A stretch of 64,000 nt of DNA from Paraspadella gotoi (lineage: Eukaryota; Animalia; Chaetognatha): contig CM119267.1 in NCBI GenBank assembly GCA_051294375.1, forward strand, positions 15,292,105 to 15,356,104, in the 5' to 3' direction. Positions 11,085-25,133 of this stretch are shown one piece after another. The notes under the pieces were generated by a model, which saw only the letters and a list, made by a program, of their open reading frames with translations, ran no database searches and was not told the DNA's origin. Position numbers and translations under genes: made by a program. Position 1 is the stretch's first letter, and each line of letters opens with the position of its first letter.

Positions 11085-14000
11085 AAGGCGAGAAGAAGAA
11101 GTTGAAGCGTCTTTGAGGTAAAAAAAAAAAAAGAAGAAAAGAAATAATTCAAAGAAGAAAGGAAAGAATAAGAGGACATGAGGTGAAAGCGTTTTAAAAC
11201 GAGTAACATAACACCGCATAACAAAATAATTGTAAAAGAACTTTGCCTCGCCAAATAAAGAGAGAAAAACAGTCAACAAGGAGCGAACAAACAAGAAAAA
11301 AATGCGAACAAACAAGAAAAAAAATCGAACTAACGAGAAAAAGTGCGAACAAAGATGAAATAAAAATTAGAATGGTAATTCAAATGTGTTGCGCCGCGGT
11401 GACATTAAATGGCATAACGTTACATGATATGACATGCGCTGGCAGACACTTAGATTTGAGGTTTTTTTCTGTCTTAACAAATGAGCAATCGTCAAAAATA
11501 AGCAAATTATACGCATTTTTAACGTAAGTGGAACAGACCATCGGACCGACAACCGATCGACGGACCGACCGAGAAGTGACTTAAAGAGTCGCTCCGCGAG
11601 CACTCGAGGCGCAACTAAAAAGGGAGCGGGCAAAGATGGCGCGGACGTGAAACCGGATTTACGCCCAGATTTATGACCCTCTTAAGGATTTATTTTCGCG
11701 GGGGAGGGAGTCGTCAACCGGGACGCGGGGACGATGGAGGGATTGGAGTGCTGAGGTTTGGAGTGATGAGAAAGTGAAATGAGAAGGTAGGGATCCGAAG
11801 AGGGCGTTGAGGATCTAGGAATCCAGGCTGTGTCATTGCTACATTACTTTCAACGCAAAAGAAAAGAGAGTGGGAGTTGTAATTGGAATGAATATTAAAA
11901 TGAGAGATATTAGTACTGCTAAGTAAGTTTATTATTATTCATGGTCCGAGGATTAACCCTTTTACAGTAGTATTCAGAATCGGAGTTGCAATCTAATTGG
12001 CGGGAGGCGCAAAGTGACGAAGGCGGCGATTGGTGAAAAGATTTCGTAGGAAGGATATTTCGAGAAGAGGTGGAAACTTAATGGATGGTAAATTTAGAAA
12101 GGTGGATCCAAAAGGGGAAAAAGGTAAGGCGTGACCGGAAGGCATAAGCTTGGATCTGGCGCGGCCGGAGACTAATGGCAAAAGTAATGTGTATCAGGTG
12201 ACAAGCCCTTAGGACCTGAGAGGCGAGGTTGTTGCGAAGGGGTTGAATCGAAGAGAATCGAGGGAACGAGGGAGGAGGGGAAAGTAAATGGAAGGAAGGA
12301 AGGAAGGAAGGAAGGAAGGAAGGAAGGAAGGAAGGAAAGGAAGGAAAGGAAGGAAGGAATGAAGGAGGAAAGAATGAGAGATAGGAAACGAGGAAGGAAG
12401 GAAGGAAGAAAAGAAGGAAGGAAAGAGAGAACGAACCCACCCTCGGGAAAATGATCCCACAGCTTTTAAATGGCTTCGGGCTGATCGTTGTAGGCTTGAG
12501 TTGGTGTGACAGATATTTTGCGTTTATCGGTTAAATGACAGAGGCGTGGCGTCGGTGTATCACTGGCGATAGAGGCTGCGGCCGCGCGTTGATGTGGCAG
12601 AGATTGATCCGATGTTGCTGTGAAATTATGGAATCGATTAACTAGAACAAAATTGAGACGCGGATGGAAAACCAGAGATAAAACGGCAACACATTACAAG
12701 TTGTACCACCAGACCCTTAATTTTCACTAAATCCCGGACGAATCAAGTTTGCAGGGCCACTTTGTATGATAAGTCACAGAAATTGCTTGCTATTGCAGCG
12801 TCATTGCAATTGATTCGTCTAAGTCCGACGACGTTAGGATCGAATGGCGCGATCATCCGTCCGCGATGTTTCTCCGCGCGTGCGCAAAACGGTTTTCTCG
12901 CGCGAGTTCGTTCACGGTTTACGTTCGCACTTTGTGTTCACACGTCGCGTTTACACCTTTTTTAGACTTGGCACTGCCTGTTAAGAATGCTTTACGGTAT
13001 AATATCCTATCCTATCCTATCCTTCTTTTGTTTTAGTAACTTATACTAAATGATTATTACGTAAAGAGGCCAAAAATTACGAAAGATTAAGTGGAGAACT
13101 TTATTTATAATGTATTATGTATACTGCATAATGTACATTTAATAACAAAATGCGTCGTAAAAATAAAGAAAGAAAAAAGAACATCATAAGAAAAATAGAG
13201 GCAGGAGAGCGTGAGGTGGCGGGGGCGGCGGAATTTAAGCTCCAGGCAGATAAAAGGGTGACGCGACGAGAGCGAAGGAGATAAGGAAAAAAACAAAAGA
13301 CATCGAAGGACGAAAAAAGAAAAAAAAAGGGAAACGAAAAAAAGATTAAAACAAAAATCAAGGACGAAAATAAGAAAGGCGAAAATCGCAGGAACGAAGA
13401 TGAAAAAAGCAGACGACGCAGACGTGGCGTGGAAATGGCCTCCGTTGAAAGATTAGAAAATCAGACGATGAAAAAATACGAGAAAAAATATGAAATAATT
13501 CGAATGATTGTCAGGTGTCAACAATTGTAAAGGTTTTCTTATTTAGTTATATATAAAAATTACAAAGAAATAGAAGTGAAAATTATAGACGAAAAATATA
13601 CGCCTCTTAAATCAGAGAAAACATAAATATTAACATTGGATTTAATTACAATCCATCGAACATATACGCAGATAAATCCTATTAGATTATTTTGCAAAAA
13701 AAAATATTACTGAAGAACCAACGGAAAATAATTTGATATTGTTTTTTTTTCCACATTGAGTCAATGAATAATCACAAAGAAAAAAGATTGAGCTTTTGTT
13801 TTTTATCTCGACAAACGGAAATGAATCTGAAGTCCGAAGAAGATTGCTCATGACGTAGACAATAGTTTTTTTTTTTTATTTCTTTTCTTTTTTGATTATA
13901 TGTTATGCCTTTTTTTTATATCAAATCGTCATCACTATGTTTAGTTCAAACAATACGTATTTCTATATTGGAATCAGGATATATTGTGCACATCCGCTCC

Positions 14001-14406
14001 ACGCCGTTTTCCCCCCGCGTTTTTTTTTTTTTTTTTTTTTTATCGCTTTCCTTATTCCACGCATCTTCCCTCCTTCCAATTTCCTATCTTTTCCCATTTT
14101 CTTTCCTTCTATTATTTCCTCTTTTTTTTTTCTTTCCCAAGCAGACGACGAATGCAGGGAAGGGAAACCTTTCCCTTTTCCAACTCGTCTGCCAAGATAA
14201 GGCGGGAAAAGTCATTTAGACGAAAAAAAACAAAGTGGGAAGTTTTTATGGTTNNNNNNNNNNTTATATCCGGGGCTTTTCATTTAGAATTTGATTTAAT
14301 GCGAATCGGGCTCGAGGCGAACGCCCTTTTTTTCATTACGTATATAATTCCAATTCTATTGAGTCCTCTCTCCCCCCCGCCCCCCACATGGGTCGAGGAT
14401 GCAAAC

Positions 14407-14480
14407 CTGTTCCGTTTTGCATCTCGCAAAAGACGGGGAAGGCTCGGTCGCTCAACGTCGTCTTGATCGTGTGAATCCCG
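14407..14480 (-). CDS. FReD / angiopoietin-like protein, first FReD exon (5' part lost in N gap 14481-14741)
   Basis: GIHTIKTTLSDRAFPVFCEMQNGT then G|GTTTGC. It matches the GxxxI...F.VxCxM start of the domain and joins in phase 1 to give ...[11 protein letters not shown]. Confidence 0.85.
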
Positions 14481-14769
14481 NNNNNNNNNNNNNNNNNNNN
14501 NNNNNNNNNNNNNNNNNNNNNNNNNNNNNNNNNNNNNNNNNNNNNNNNNNNNNNNNNNNNNNNNNNNNNNNNNNNNNNNNNNNNNNNNNNNNNNNNNNNN
14601 NNNNNNNNNNNNNNNNNNNNNNNNNNNNNNNNNNNNNNNNNNNNNNNNNNNNNNNNNNNNNNNNNNNNNNNNNNNNNNNNNNNNNNNNNNNNNNNNNNNN
14701 NNNNNNNNNNNNNNNNNNNNNNNNNNNNNNNNNNNNNNNNNGAGAGAGAGAGAGAGAGAGAGAACGTAC

Positions 14770-14875
14770 CTCTGGGGACCTCTGGTATCTTTTCCCCGAT
14801 AATTTCCGGTTGTTGTTCTTTTCCTTCAGATTCCAGTTTGTTCGACTTTCGATCGGTTTCATCCTCTTCGGAAGC
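14770..14875 (-). CDS. FReD / angiopoietin-like protein, linker exon ending in PR (expected PR-DC start of the domain)
   Basis: CCCTTTCCTTGTCAG| ASEEDETDRKSNKLESEGKEQQPEIIGEKIPEVPR G|GTACGT. 106 nt, phases 0/1. Confidence 0.75.
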
Positions 14876-16217
14876 CTGACAAGGAAAGGGTGAGGGAAAG
14901 GTAACCCTTAGGTAAGGCTGGAAATCGGTTGGTGGGAAAATGAGAAAAGAACATTTTTCATGGGGAAAGATTAGACTGAATAAGATTGAATTCGGTCATA
15001 ATTATTAGACAAATATTACGAATTAGGTAGATAACTAGACAATAAATATTTGGAAAAATCTTCCTTTTTATGACACTTTTTAAAGGCTCAAATAAAACAA
15101 TCTCAAAAATTTTATTCTTTAAAGTGATCAATGGTCAGTGGTGATTAGTGATCTAAAACTAACCAATGGCGACTTTCATCCGACAAAACGGACTTTTTAA
15201 ACTCAATCTTTCTTCTTTAAAAAAGACATTTAGTGCAAGGACTCGCAATCCAGGGTAATAACAACAAAAACAATGACGACGACGACGACGACAACGACGA
15301 CGATGACAACGACGACATCTCTCGGTCATTAGCGACACCTTCGTCGCGGTCAAAGATTTTTCCTTTCTTATCGCAGTCGCTGCAAATCTTTCACTCAGCC
15401 TCAGGCGTCATCGTCGTCTTTACTGTCGTCGTCGTCGTCGTCTTTGTCGTCCTTTTCATAATGAACCTTGTTTAGTATGTTTCCTTATGTTTTGGTAATT
15501 TATATATTTTAATTTGAACGTATTCCATGGTGATACCAATCGGTCGCGATCTACTCTAGTTCATTATCTTCATTTCTCTCATTTCTTACAAACATTTTCT
15601 TTCATTTCTTTCGTTCAAATTCATCAATAATCACGTCATCATTATTATATGAAGAGGATGGCACAGAAATTGAGCGCTTTTGGAATATAGTGCCAAAGCT
15701 ATAATCCGATACCGACCTTAATTTTCCCCTTCCTTCCTTATAAGTTAATTCTTCTATTCGCCTTTGTTTTTATGAAAAATATAATTTCCTTTATTTTTTT
15801 CGTCACGAATACGAAATGAGTGAAACTCGATCTTTCACTCGCAAACTCTTTAATCTCCATTACCGCGAGACCCCTTTCTGAGACTCGTCTTTATTACGCT
15901 TGTCTCTATATTTCTTCTTTTTTTTTCAAATACGTATATAATTTGTGTTTGTTTATCATTTCCTTTAATCTTTTGTCTTTTTTTTTCCTTTTGAAAGTTT
16001 TCCCTTCCGTTTTTCTTATTAGTTTTAATGAGTTCGTTTTCCTTTTTCTTTTCTCCTTTTTTTTCCCTCTTTTTTTCAACTCTCGTCTTTTTTTCACTCT
16101 CCATTTTCTTTGCCTTTCCTTTTCTTCCCACTGATTTTTCTTTATTCATTCCATCGTTTGACTTCCTTGAAACGATCTCGAGTTGCGTGCGCACTCTCTC
16201 TCTCTCTCTCTTCTTCT

Positions 16218-16266
<49 letters not shown>

Positions 16267-18619
16267 TCTCTCCTCTTTTTTCCTCTCTCTCCTCGTTCTT
16301 TACTCCTCTCTTCCAACTCTCGTGAATTCTCACCTTCCGAATTCATCGCTCCCTGACCTTCATCTATTCAATTATTCATTCCACCGCGTTGCCTGGGATC
16401 CCAACCGCGTTTGTGGGGTGAAGGCGAAGTCACGTTGCTGCCTGGGCACCTCTGCTGGCGTTGTGCGGCGTCGGGCGACGTTGTGCGGCGTCTAGCGGCG
16501 TCCGGTGTCGTCAGGCGGCGTTGAGCGGAATCAGGAGGCGTCAGGCCTCGTCGTACGACGTTTGACAGCGTCAGGCGGCGTCAGCCTGCTCCCTACTTCT
16601 CAACGATCGCGCCAAGCTTCATTTTTTGGCATCAAGCTGTTTCCTCTCTTGAATATTGGCATCATACGCCTCATTGGTGAGTCGCCATCGTCGAGCGTTT
16701 GAGTCAGAGCAAGGAGCGCAAAATTAATGACGTTGGAAATATAAAAATCGAATTTTCGAGACCTCAATTGATTCGAATACATTGTGCAAGTTATCCGGAT
16801 AAAACGAAGTCAGGGATTGGCCAAATTGCAGAAAGAGACGACCGGCACTTTTCAAAGACTCCAGTCGCCTTCGAAGTTTTTCAAAATTCTTCCAAAATTT
16901 CGCAAAATTGCGTAAAATTTCCCTCGCGCCAACTGAGGGAAAGACTTTCTTTCGATTTAGGACAGATTTCAAAGATGGCGAACGAGTCGCATCGCTTTAA
17001 GTTTATTCAGCGAAGCTTGATGACTCTCGCGAGGTAAACTCTCTCTTATTTCGCTCGTTGTGAGATTTTTGGGAAAAATATTCGATCGCCGACACAGAAA
17101 TCTTTCCTTTCACCGAATCACCGATTTGAATAACATTCACTTTTGTTCTTTGGTATAATATAAAAGTTATTCTCCCTTCTAGTTCTACTCAAAACGCCAT
17201 CTTTCATTCATGAGAATAATTTATGATCTTCCCAGTTTTTTGGGTTTTTTTTCACGTCGACTTTTAACCCGGTGCTTAACGCCTTTTCAATCGCGGGGTC
17301 GCGAAGGTACGACCTGAAAATCTTTCCTCTCTCAGCCCCATTAATCATTACTAACTATCTCCGTGTGAGAGGATTTAAGGACTAAAACTATCCATCCATC
17401 GAACCGGCGTGTACTCATTTGCGTGAATGATGGATGGCGGGAAAAAAAATTTCCTAACGACTGTTTGTTTACCATTTATTTGCAACTAGTATCGTTATGG
17501 TAATAGATATTATCTTTGACCTCGCGAGCTGACCCATAAACCATCACACAGTCGTATTCGACCTTTTGTGAACGTTTCAATACGGCGTTCGAAACCGTCG
17601 CTACTGCGTTCCTATGGTGACTCCGGGGCGTCTCTAGGACGTTGCTATGGGCCTTTCTTCGACTCTTTTTTTTTAAGTCTCGAACGAATTTGGGAGGAAA
17701 AGGATTCGTCGAATTTTCTAAGAACTTTCTTCCGAAGAGATTTGGTAAAGAATTCGTGAATGGATGAGGAGGAGGAGGAGGAGGAGGAAGAGGAGGAGCA
17801 GGGACGGAGGGGAGATGAACGACGATAAATACGGAACGTTTTCTCTTTCATCGAACTGGAAATCCGCGCGAAAGTCAAATACTCTCTCTCTCTGTCTCTC
17901 TCTCTCTCTCTTTCAGGATTCCAGATGACAGAAGCGATGATTTAATAAAGGAACGAAATCGTTATCCAAATATTATATTTGGTTTCGCGACTCCGAATTC
18001 TCGACTCGGGATTTAGGGCGCGACATCCGGGGCGGGAGAAATGAACATGAGATGTGAAAGAGAGAGTGATATGAGGTCGCTGGAGCGGTGTGACGAGTAG
18101 CCACTTCAATAGTCATTGGAGCAATATTGCAGTATCGAGAAAACAAATTAAAATATAATAGGCTTATAGGAAAAGCAACTTGAGCAAAAAACAATATCGC
18201 TTGTTCTTTTAATTGTTAAACTTTTAAAAAAAACTTTTATATCGATGTACATACATATTGAAACGTTTAACATATTGAAAATAATAATCAATAAAATTTG
18301 ACTCCGCAAACTCTTTCCATTTAGAGCGTCCAAACCGACGGATCGAAAAGGTCGGACGCAACCCGTCAGATGGTCGACGTTCGATCGACGGGTAACAATG
18401 GATGGCACCCGATGGCACCCGATGGCGTCGATGGCAAACCCGTATTCAGGGCACGATCCTATATTTTTCTTGGCGATCTCACTTAATTTGGTTACCGGGA
18501 TTTCGGGCGGGGGCTTGCCGAGATTCCCCTTATCCTTTTTTGGGGAATTTGACGTGTAATTGGATGCTTAGAACTTGAAGGACCTGTTGAGAGCTCGTTT
18601 TGAGAGGGAGTGAAGAGAG

Positions 18620-18674
18620 AGGAGAGAGAGAGAGAGACGAGAGAGAGAGAGAGAGAGAGACGAGAGAGAGAGAG

Positions 18675-18708
<34 letters not shown>

Positions 18709-18925
18709 GCGAAGGAAGGAACGAAGGAAGCGAAAGAAGGAAAGGGAAGGAAGGAAAGGAAGGAAGGAAGGAAAAGGAAGCTGAAGGAAGGAAGGAAGGA
18801 AGGAACGAACGAACCGAAACGAACGAACGAACACGAAAGCGAACGAAACGAACGAACGAACGAACGAACGAACGAACGAAACGACGAACGAACGAACGAA
18901 CGAACGAACGAACGAACGAACGACG
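18620..18925. repeat. compound microsatellite (AG)n-(GAAG)n-(GAAC)n
   Basis: Directly visible arrays. They give rise to the spurious ERER/RTNE ORFs. Confidence 0.9.
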
Positions 18926-19010
18926 AATCTACTAAAGCAAGTACCCTTTTTGAGTAAGTGCCGCTCCGGAAGACTAATTCACATCCCATTTGCCTGCAAC
19001 AATTGGACAT

Positions 19011-22000
19011 TAAGGCCTTAGCAAATTTCATAAAGTTTGTTTACAGAATTTAGCACTAATAGTACAAAATTAGTCCCCTATATGCTACTATTTTTCTCAT
19101 CTTTTGTTTTTTGAAAAAATCGATCAATAAGTGCTTGCAAACTCTTCCAAAAATTTGAGCAAAAAAACGTTTTTTTTTCATTAAAATGATAGATATCTTA
19201 AAAAATATCAGTCAGAATCACAATTAAAAACTGCGCTCAATTTCTAAAAGAGGCGAAAAAAATAACTTTCATTTTACATATTTATTTTAAAATCCAAAAT
19301 ATACTTTTTCCAAAATTATTGATGTTTTTAAAACACAAACCGAATTCATCCGGCATTTTTTAAGTCACATTCTTTTTATTTTCCCCTTTAATAAACTTTG
19401 AAAATAATATAAAATAAGGGTATAAAACAGACTAAATCCTCTAGAGTAAACCTTGGGGCTTCTCTATTGGCGTAAATAGGTAATTAGTTTTTTTTAATTT
19501 TGTTCAGGAGCAATGAATTGTTAAATCTTAAAATTCTTGAAAAAAATATTTATTTATTATCTTTTGTCTGTGTGCTTACAATTTGAATGTTTATATATCG
19601 ATCATTATCTACAAAAAACATAAGCTTTAATTTGATGACCTCTAACCAACTTTTTACAATTTTTTATTATTGATTATACGTAAAAATTAAATTTTTTTTT
19701 AAAAAAAAGATTAATACAATTAGTAGCCTTCAAATAGCAATATTTTTTTAAAAATAACAGATACAAAATACAGTTCGACTTAATAAGGCTTTAAAAATCT
19801 TAAAACAAATGTTTAAAATAAAAAATAACATATAACAATTATACCATAAAAATAAAATAAAACCAGATATATAAACTTTATTTAATTAATAAAAAATATA
19901 TGAATGTTTAATTTAAAACTTAATATCAAATAAAATAACAGGTATATATAGTTTGAGTTGCTTAAACTCTCAATGCTCCAATATCCAAAGCTTTAACAAT
20001 AGTAATAAATATTTGTTTTATTATTTATGAAAAAATATTTACAAATACATAATAATACACGTATTATACTCATTCATTTGATAAATATATCTTGTTAATA
20101 AAAAATGTTCAAAAATATTAACAAGTATAGATGGCATTAATTTTAAATACTTGAAATAAAAATATATATTTAATCAGTTTTAAAAAATCTTTTTTAATTT
20201 TTAAAAATATTTAAATAAAATTATTATTAATTAAAAAATAAATTTATTTATAGCCTAAACAAGTAGAACTGCATTTGTATTCATATAATAAGACATATTT
20301 GTATCTTAAATTTTAAGAAATAATCGCATTTGAAATTACTAAATGAATAATCTTTTTTTCTATTTTACAATTTTTAGCCTTATAATTCACATAAAAGAAA
20401 AAATCGTAAAAAGTTAAGGAGAGGTTTCAAAATTAAAGCTTATGCCTTGTAGATAAATGTTTGACATATAAAGTTTAAAGCACATTCAAATTGTAAAGCA
20501 TATTCACATATCACTAACTAAACAAAATTAAAAGAAGTATTGTTATGAAAGAACGCAATACTACAAACATAAAAGCTTATGAATAAAAAATAAAATGATG
20601 CAATAATCCTTTCTTTTTCATCTAATTTTAATATTAACAGAAAGCAAGTATTTTTGAAATTGTTATAGACGATTTTTATTTTTATTTAAAGACGATGGAT
20701 ATGTTTTAGTCTAGTTGACGCTCAAGCCTTCTATTTATACATTTAACATGTCCGTCTATCTTCAAATAAAAATAAATCGTAACAATTTCAAAAAACACCT
20801 TTGCTTTCTCGAATATAGAAGAAACATAAAAAGGAAGGAAAAAAACGTTAAAAATGGAGCTGATTTAATAGATCCACATTTAAAAAATGCCATTCTAGTA
20901 GTATCATGTTAAAAAATTTATTGAAGTTACGTTGCTCAGTTTATTTTATTCTTACACATTCAAATGAAAAAAATGATTAAAAATTAAATTTGGTTTATTT
21001 CTGTAGTTCGAATGTCCTTGTTAGCACTTTGAATTAATATCTTTTATCCTAAAGCCTTTGGCAGAGTTTTGATTTAATTAATTATTTTTTGCAAGATCTG
21101 CTCTTAAAAAATCTGATACGTCATATAAAAAGTAAAGAATATTCTATACTTTTTGAAAACAGGTTACTTAATTCTGGATATCTCACTTAAATTACATATT
21201 ATGTAAGGTAGTTCTTTAAAAAAGTACTCACATAAGGCATGTTTTTCATTAATAAATTTTTTGGCCCGAAAGCTGAGATTAAAACAGGTTCTAAACAATG
21301 TTACCAGTTTTATTCTCTTGCATTTGTCCAATCTCAAATTAATTAATTATCATTTTAAAGAAAAATCTGCTTTTAAACCAATGTAGCATTAGTCAAACTA
21401 CAAACTTTATAGGATTGGGAATGAAGATAAAGTGGGGTAAATCATTCTAAATTAAAGAATCAGAAAAAGATTTTAACATTTTTTAAATGATATAGTTTTT
21501 TTTTGAAAATAATTTTTTTTCATAAATAATTAACAAATATTATTACTATTTAAACGCTGGATATGAAGATTGAATTAAAGCACTCAAACTAATATTAACC
21601 TGTTATTTTATTTAAGATTAAGTTTTAATTAAACTTATATTTTTTATAATAAAAATAAAGTTAATAATCCTGTTTTTATTACTATTTCTTATTATAATTT
21701 TCATATTATTTTTTATTTTAGAAACCAATTTGTTTTTAAGCCTTATAAGTAGACACTGTATTTTTGTATCTTTATTTTAAAAAAAAAATATTCCTAATTT
21801 AAAGTACTAATTGATTAATCTTTTTAAAAAAAATTTTATTTTTATGTATAAATTTCAATAATAAAAAATCGTAAAAAGTTGGTAGCACGGTCTCAAATTA
21901 AAGCTTAGTTTTTGTAGAATAATGATAGATATATTAAACATTCAAATTGTAAGACACAGACAAGAAAAATATAAAATAAATATTCTTTTTCAAAAATTTT

Positions 22001-22521
22001 TTCATAGATTTAACAATTCATTGCTCCTCGAACAAAATAAAAAAACTAATACCCTATTTACGCCAATAGAAAGGCGCCGTGCACAGGTTTAACTCTAGAG
22101 GAAATTTAGTCTGTTTTATACCTATTTTATATTATTTTTCAAGTTATAAAGGGAAAATACAAAAAATGTCGACTTAAAAATGCCGAGAATTCGGTTTTTT
22201 AAAACATCAATAATTTGGAAAAAAGTAATTTTTTGGATTTTTAAAAAATAAAGTATGTAAATGAAGTATTTTTCCGACTCTTTAAATTGACCCGCAGGTT
22301 AAATTTTGATTCCGACTGATATTTTTTAGATATTCTATCATTTTTAATGAAAAAAAAAACCGTTTATTTTTGCAAATTTTGAAGAGTTGCAAGGCACTTA
22401 TTGAATCGATTTTTTCAAAAAACAAAGATAGAAAAAATTAGTTAGCATACTAGGGGACTTAATTGTTAACTATAGTGCTGAATCCGTAAAAGATATTATG
22501 AATATTGCTGCAAGGCCTCTA
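19011..22521. mobile_element. 3.5 kb non-autonomous foldback (MULE/Foldback-like) element with ~1 kb inverted arms and an 8-10 bp TSD
   Basis: ~19011-20045 is the reverse complement of ~21500-22521 (e.g. CTATTGGCGTAAATAGG / CCTATTTACGCCAATAG and ACAGACTAAA / TTTAGTCTGT). Ends are TAAGGCCT...AGGCCTCTA. Direct repeat ATTGGACATT lies at 19002-19011 and 22521-22530. Very AT-rich, with no microsatellites and no transposase ORF. Confidence 0.85.
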
Positions 22522-24151
22522 TTGGACATTTCAATAATTTTTTTTTTTCTCGCCCCGGAGATGCGGCCGAGCGGCATGAGGTGCCGGTGATTCTATTTTT
22601 ATGAAAGAACTCATCGAAGGATTAGGACTTTGGGCTGGGGCGGGTGGCAAGGGGGGGTAGAATTGAATAGATCAGAACCCGACAAAGACCGACATAAGGC
22701 CCTCGACCGACAATTAGCAAAAAAAACATCGTAATCTCGTTTGCCCATGTTTAAGCGCGGGGAAAAAACAATCGATCGACTCGCTATCATATATAATATA
22801 ATATATATATATATGCATATTTTTTTTACGATTTGCACACGGTTACCGTCCGGACCACAGACGAGCGATATTTCCCCACCATTAAACCACGGTCGATGTC
22901 TGCGGTTGTGGATGATGAATGTACTGCGGTTATTGGACGAAACTGTGTCTGATGGATGTGCCGCGTTTGACGAATGAAGGAGGAGGAGAGGCAGGAGGAG
23001 GAGGAGGGGAAAAAGAAGGAAAATAGAAATAGAAATAGGAAGGTGAAAAAGAAGGGGCGGGTGGGCAGGGAGGCAGGCTAATCCAAGGGGTTTGAGGTTT
23101 AGAAGAGTAGTACTGAGGCGGGAGAGAGCGATGGGGGGGGGAACGTTAAGCTTCTTTTCCCACGGGATGAGATATAAATCAAACTGCCCCGAGGGTTGGT
23201 TAACCAGATGGCGGCACGAGGAGAGTTATGAGCGACGCTGAGGCGTTATTTAATCGGGGGAAAGAGAAAGATGGAAAGAAAGATGTTAAGAGTGTTGGAG
23301 AGAAATGGAGAGAGAGAAAGAATGGAGGAGAGATGGATGGAAAGGAAGAAAGAGAGAGATGAGGAAAGAAAGAAAGAAGAGAAAGAAAAAAGAAAGAAAG
23401 AAAGAGAAAGAAAAGAAGAAAAGAAAGATAAGAAAGGAAGAGAAAAAAAAGAAAATGAAAGAAAGAAAAGAAAGAAAGAAAGAAAGAAAGAAGGAAAAAA
23501 AAACAAGCCAGAAAGAAAAAAATAATAAGGGGGAAAAAAAATTTAAAAAAAGAAAGAAAGCCAGAAAGAAAAAAAAAGAAAGAGTAAGAGAAATAAGAAA
23601 AAAGAAAAATCGAAAAGGAAGAATCGAAAGAGAAAAAATGGGAAAGGAAGTAGAGAATCGGAATGAAATATAGAAAACAAAAGTGTAAAATATTTAAAGA
23701 GAAAAACGAGGAAGAAAAATTGATGACAAAAGGGAAAAAGTAATGAAAGGATTAATCAAACCATCAATTAATGAAAAAAAAAAACGGTTAAATATAGAAA
23801 AGAGAAAATGGAAGAAAACCTAATAAAAAAAAAGAAGAAAACTAGAACTAATAAAGCGAAGCAAACAAGAATAATAATTCTTTTTCGAGAAAAAAAAAAG
23901 AAAAAAGGGAAATAAGAAGAAGAAGAAAGGTGCGTTGATGCGGAGAAGCAAATAAACAAAGGCGACGACGACGACGACGACAACGACGACGACGAGGCGA
24001 CGACGCGAAACAAATCGTCACAAATCTGAAGGATTTTCTAACATCCAAGGTTATAAAGAAAAAGAAAAAGAAGACAGGAAGACGGAAGCAAACACCTCCC
24101 CAGGATAGAGAGAGAGAGCAGAGAGACGGAGAGAGAGGATGAAGACGAGAC

Positions 24152-24183
<32 letters not shown>

Positions 24184-24861
24184 AGAGAGCTCCTGGAGGT
24201 CAACGAATAGGGAAAGACGGTGTTTGCTGCTACATAAAAGGGGTCAAACGGATTAAAGGAGCAGAAAAAAGGGATGTAAACAGAATTATGGAGGGATAAG
24301 GTCTTCGCTCAAGAAAAAATTGGAATCGAGCCGGGGGGGGAGGAAAGGTGAAGGAGAGGGGTGTGTGGAGGGAAGCGGGCGGGGAGAGGAAGTGACAAGG
24401 ACAAGGAGAGGGTGGCGTTAGAGGGGGAGAGAGATGGGGGGGAGGTGAAGGGAGGAGTAGAGAAAGTTTTAGAGGGGTTGTAAAATTGAAGAGGGTCTAG
24501 GGAGAGAGGGGGCGGAAATGAGAATGGGCAGATGATCATGAATAGAGAAATGAAGCAAGGAAAATGGCAGGGAAGGCATGGGAAGGGAGAAAGAGTGAAG
24601 AGAAAAATAGAATAGGGAGAAAGAGTGGGGAAGAAGAGAAAGCTGCCGAAGGCAAACGGACATTTGAAAATGAAGAGTAGAATATTTTTTTTGGAGAAAA
24701 CAGAGTTTGAAGCGAAAATAAAAAGAGGAACGGCGTGGATCGGATTGTGGATGACATGAATTAAAAAGAAAGAGAAGGAGACTCAAGGGAAAAGGATTAA
24801 ACAAAAAAATCGGAATGGTTTATCAATAAATGACTTCTCAAAAAGAACGACTTATAAATTC

Positions 24862-24990
24862 CAGAGCAGAAGCTATTCTAACATTGTGTCGTATCGATGC
24901 TCCCTCCATTTCCAGCAGACAACATCCCTCTCCCAATTCTAAAAGGGATAATTTTTATATTGGTTGTACCGATTTTTAGATTTACATAAA
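24862..24990 (+). repeat. dispersed repeat; 5' part shared with 1467-1550, 3' part shared with ~30451-30483 (+) and ~46770-46800 (-)
   Basis: GGATAATTTTTATATTGGTTGTAC is here, its reverse complement GTACAACCAATATAAAAATTATCC is at ~46775, and TTTTAGATTGGTTGTACCAATTT is at ~30460. Confidence 0.55.
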
Positions 24991-25080
24991 TAAATCCGTT
25001 TTATAATTATGCAATATAATTTAGCGAAAACGAAAGTTACTTTTACTTTTACTTTTTACAACGAATTTGTAATTGATATT

Positions 25081-25133
25081 AATTAGCGGACAAGTTTCGA
25101 CTCTTGGCAGGTTCGAGTCTTCATCAAGTAATA
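25081..25133 (-). ncRNA. degenerate minimal hammerhead ribozyme core (Penelope-like element type)
   Basis: Minus strand reads ATTAC-TTGATGA-A-GACTC-(11 nt)-GAGTC-GAAA-C-TT-GTC-CGCTAAT. Stem II, GAAA and the GUC site are present, but the core is UUGAUGA rather than CUGAUGA and stem I is imperfect. Confidence 0.45.

Noticed and set aside
23246-23700. Lys/Glu/Arg-rich and Leu/Ser/Phe-rich ORFs here and at many (AG)n and (GAAA)n tracts
   Set aside because: These are translations of stop-free microsatellites.
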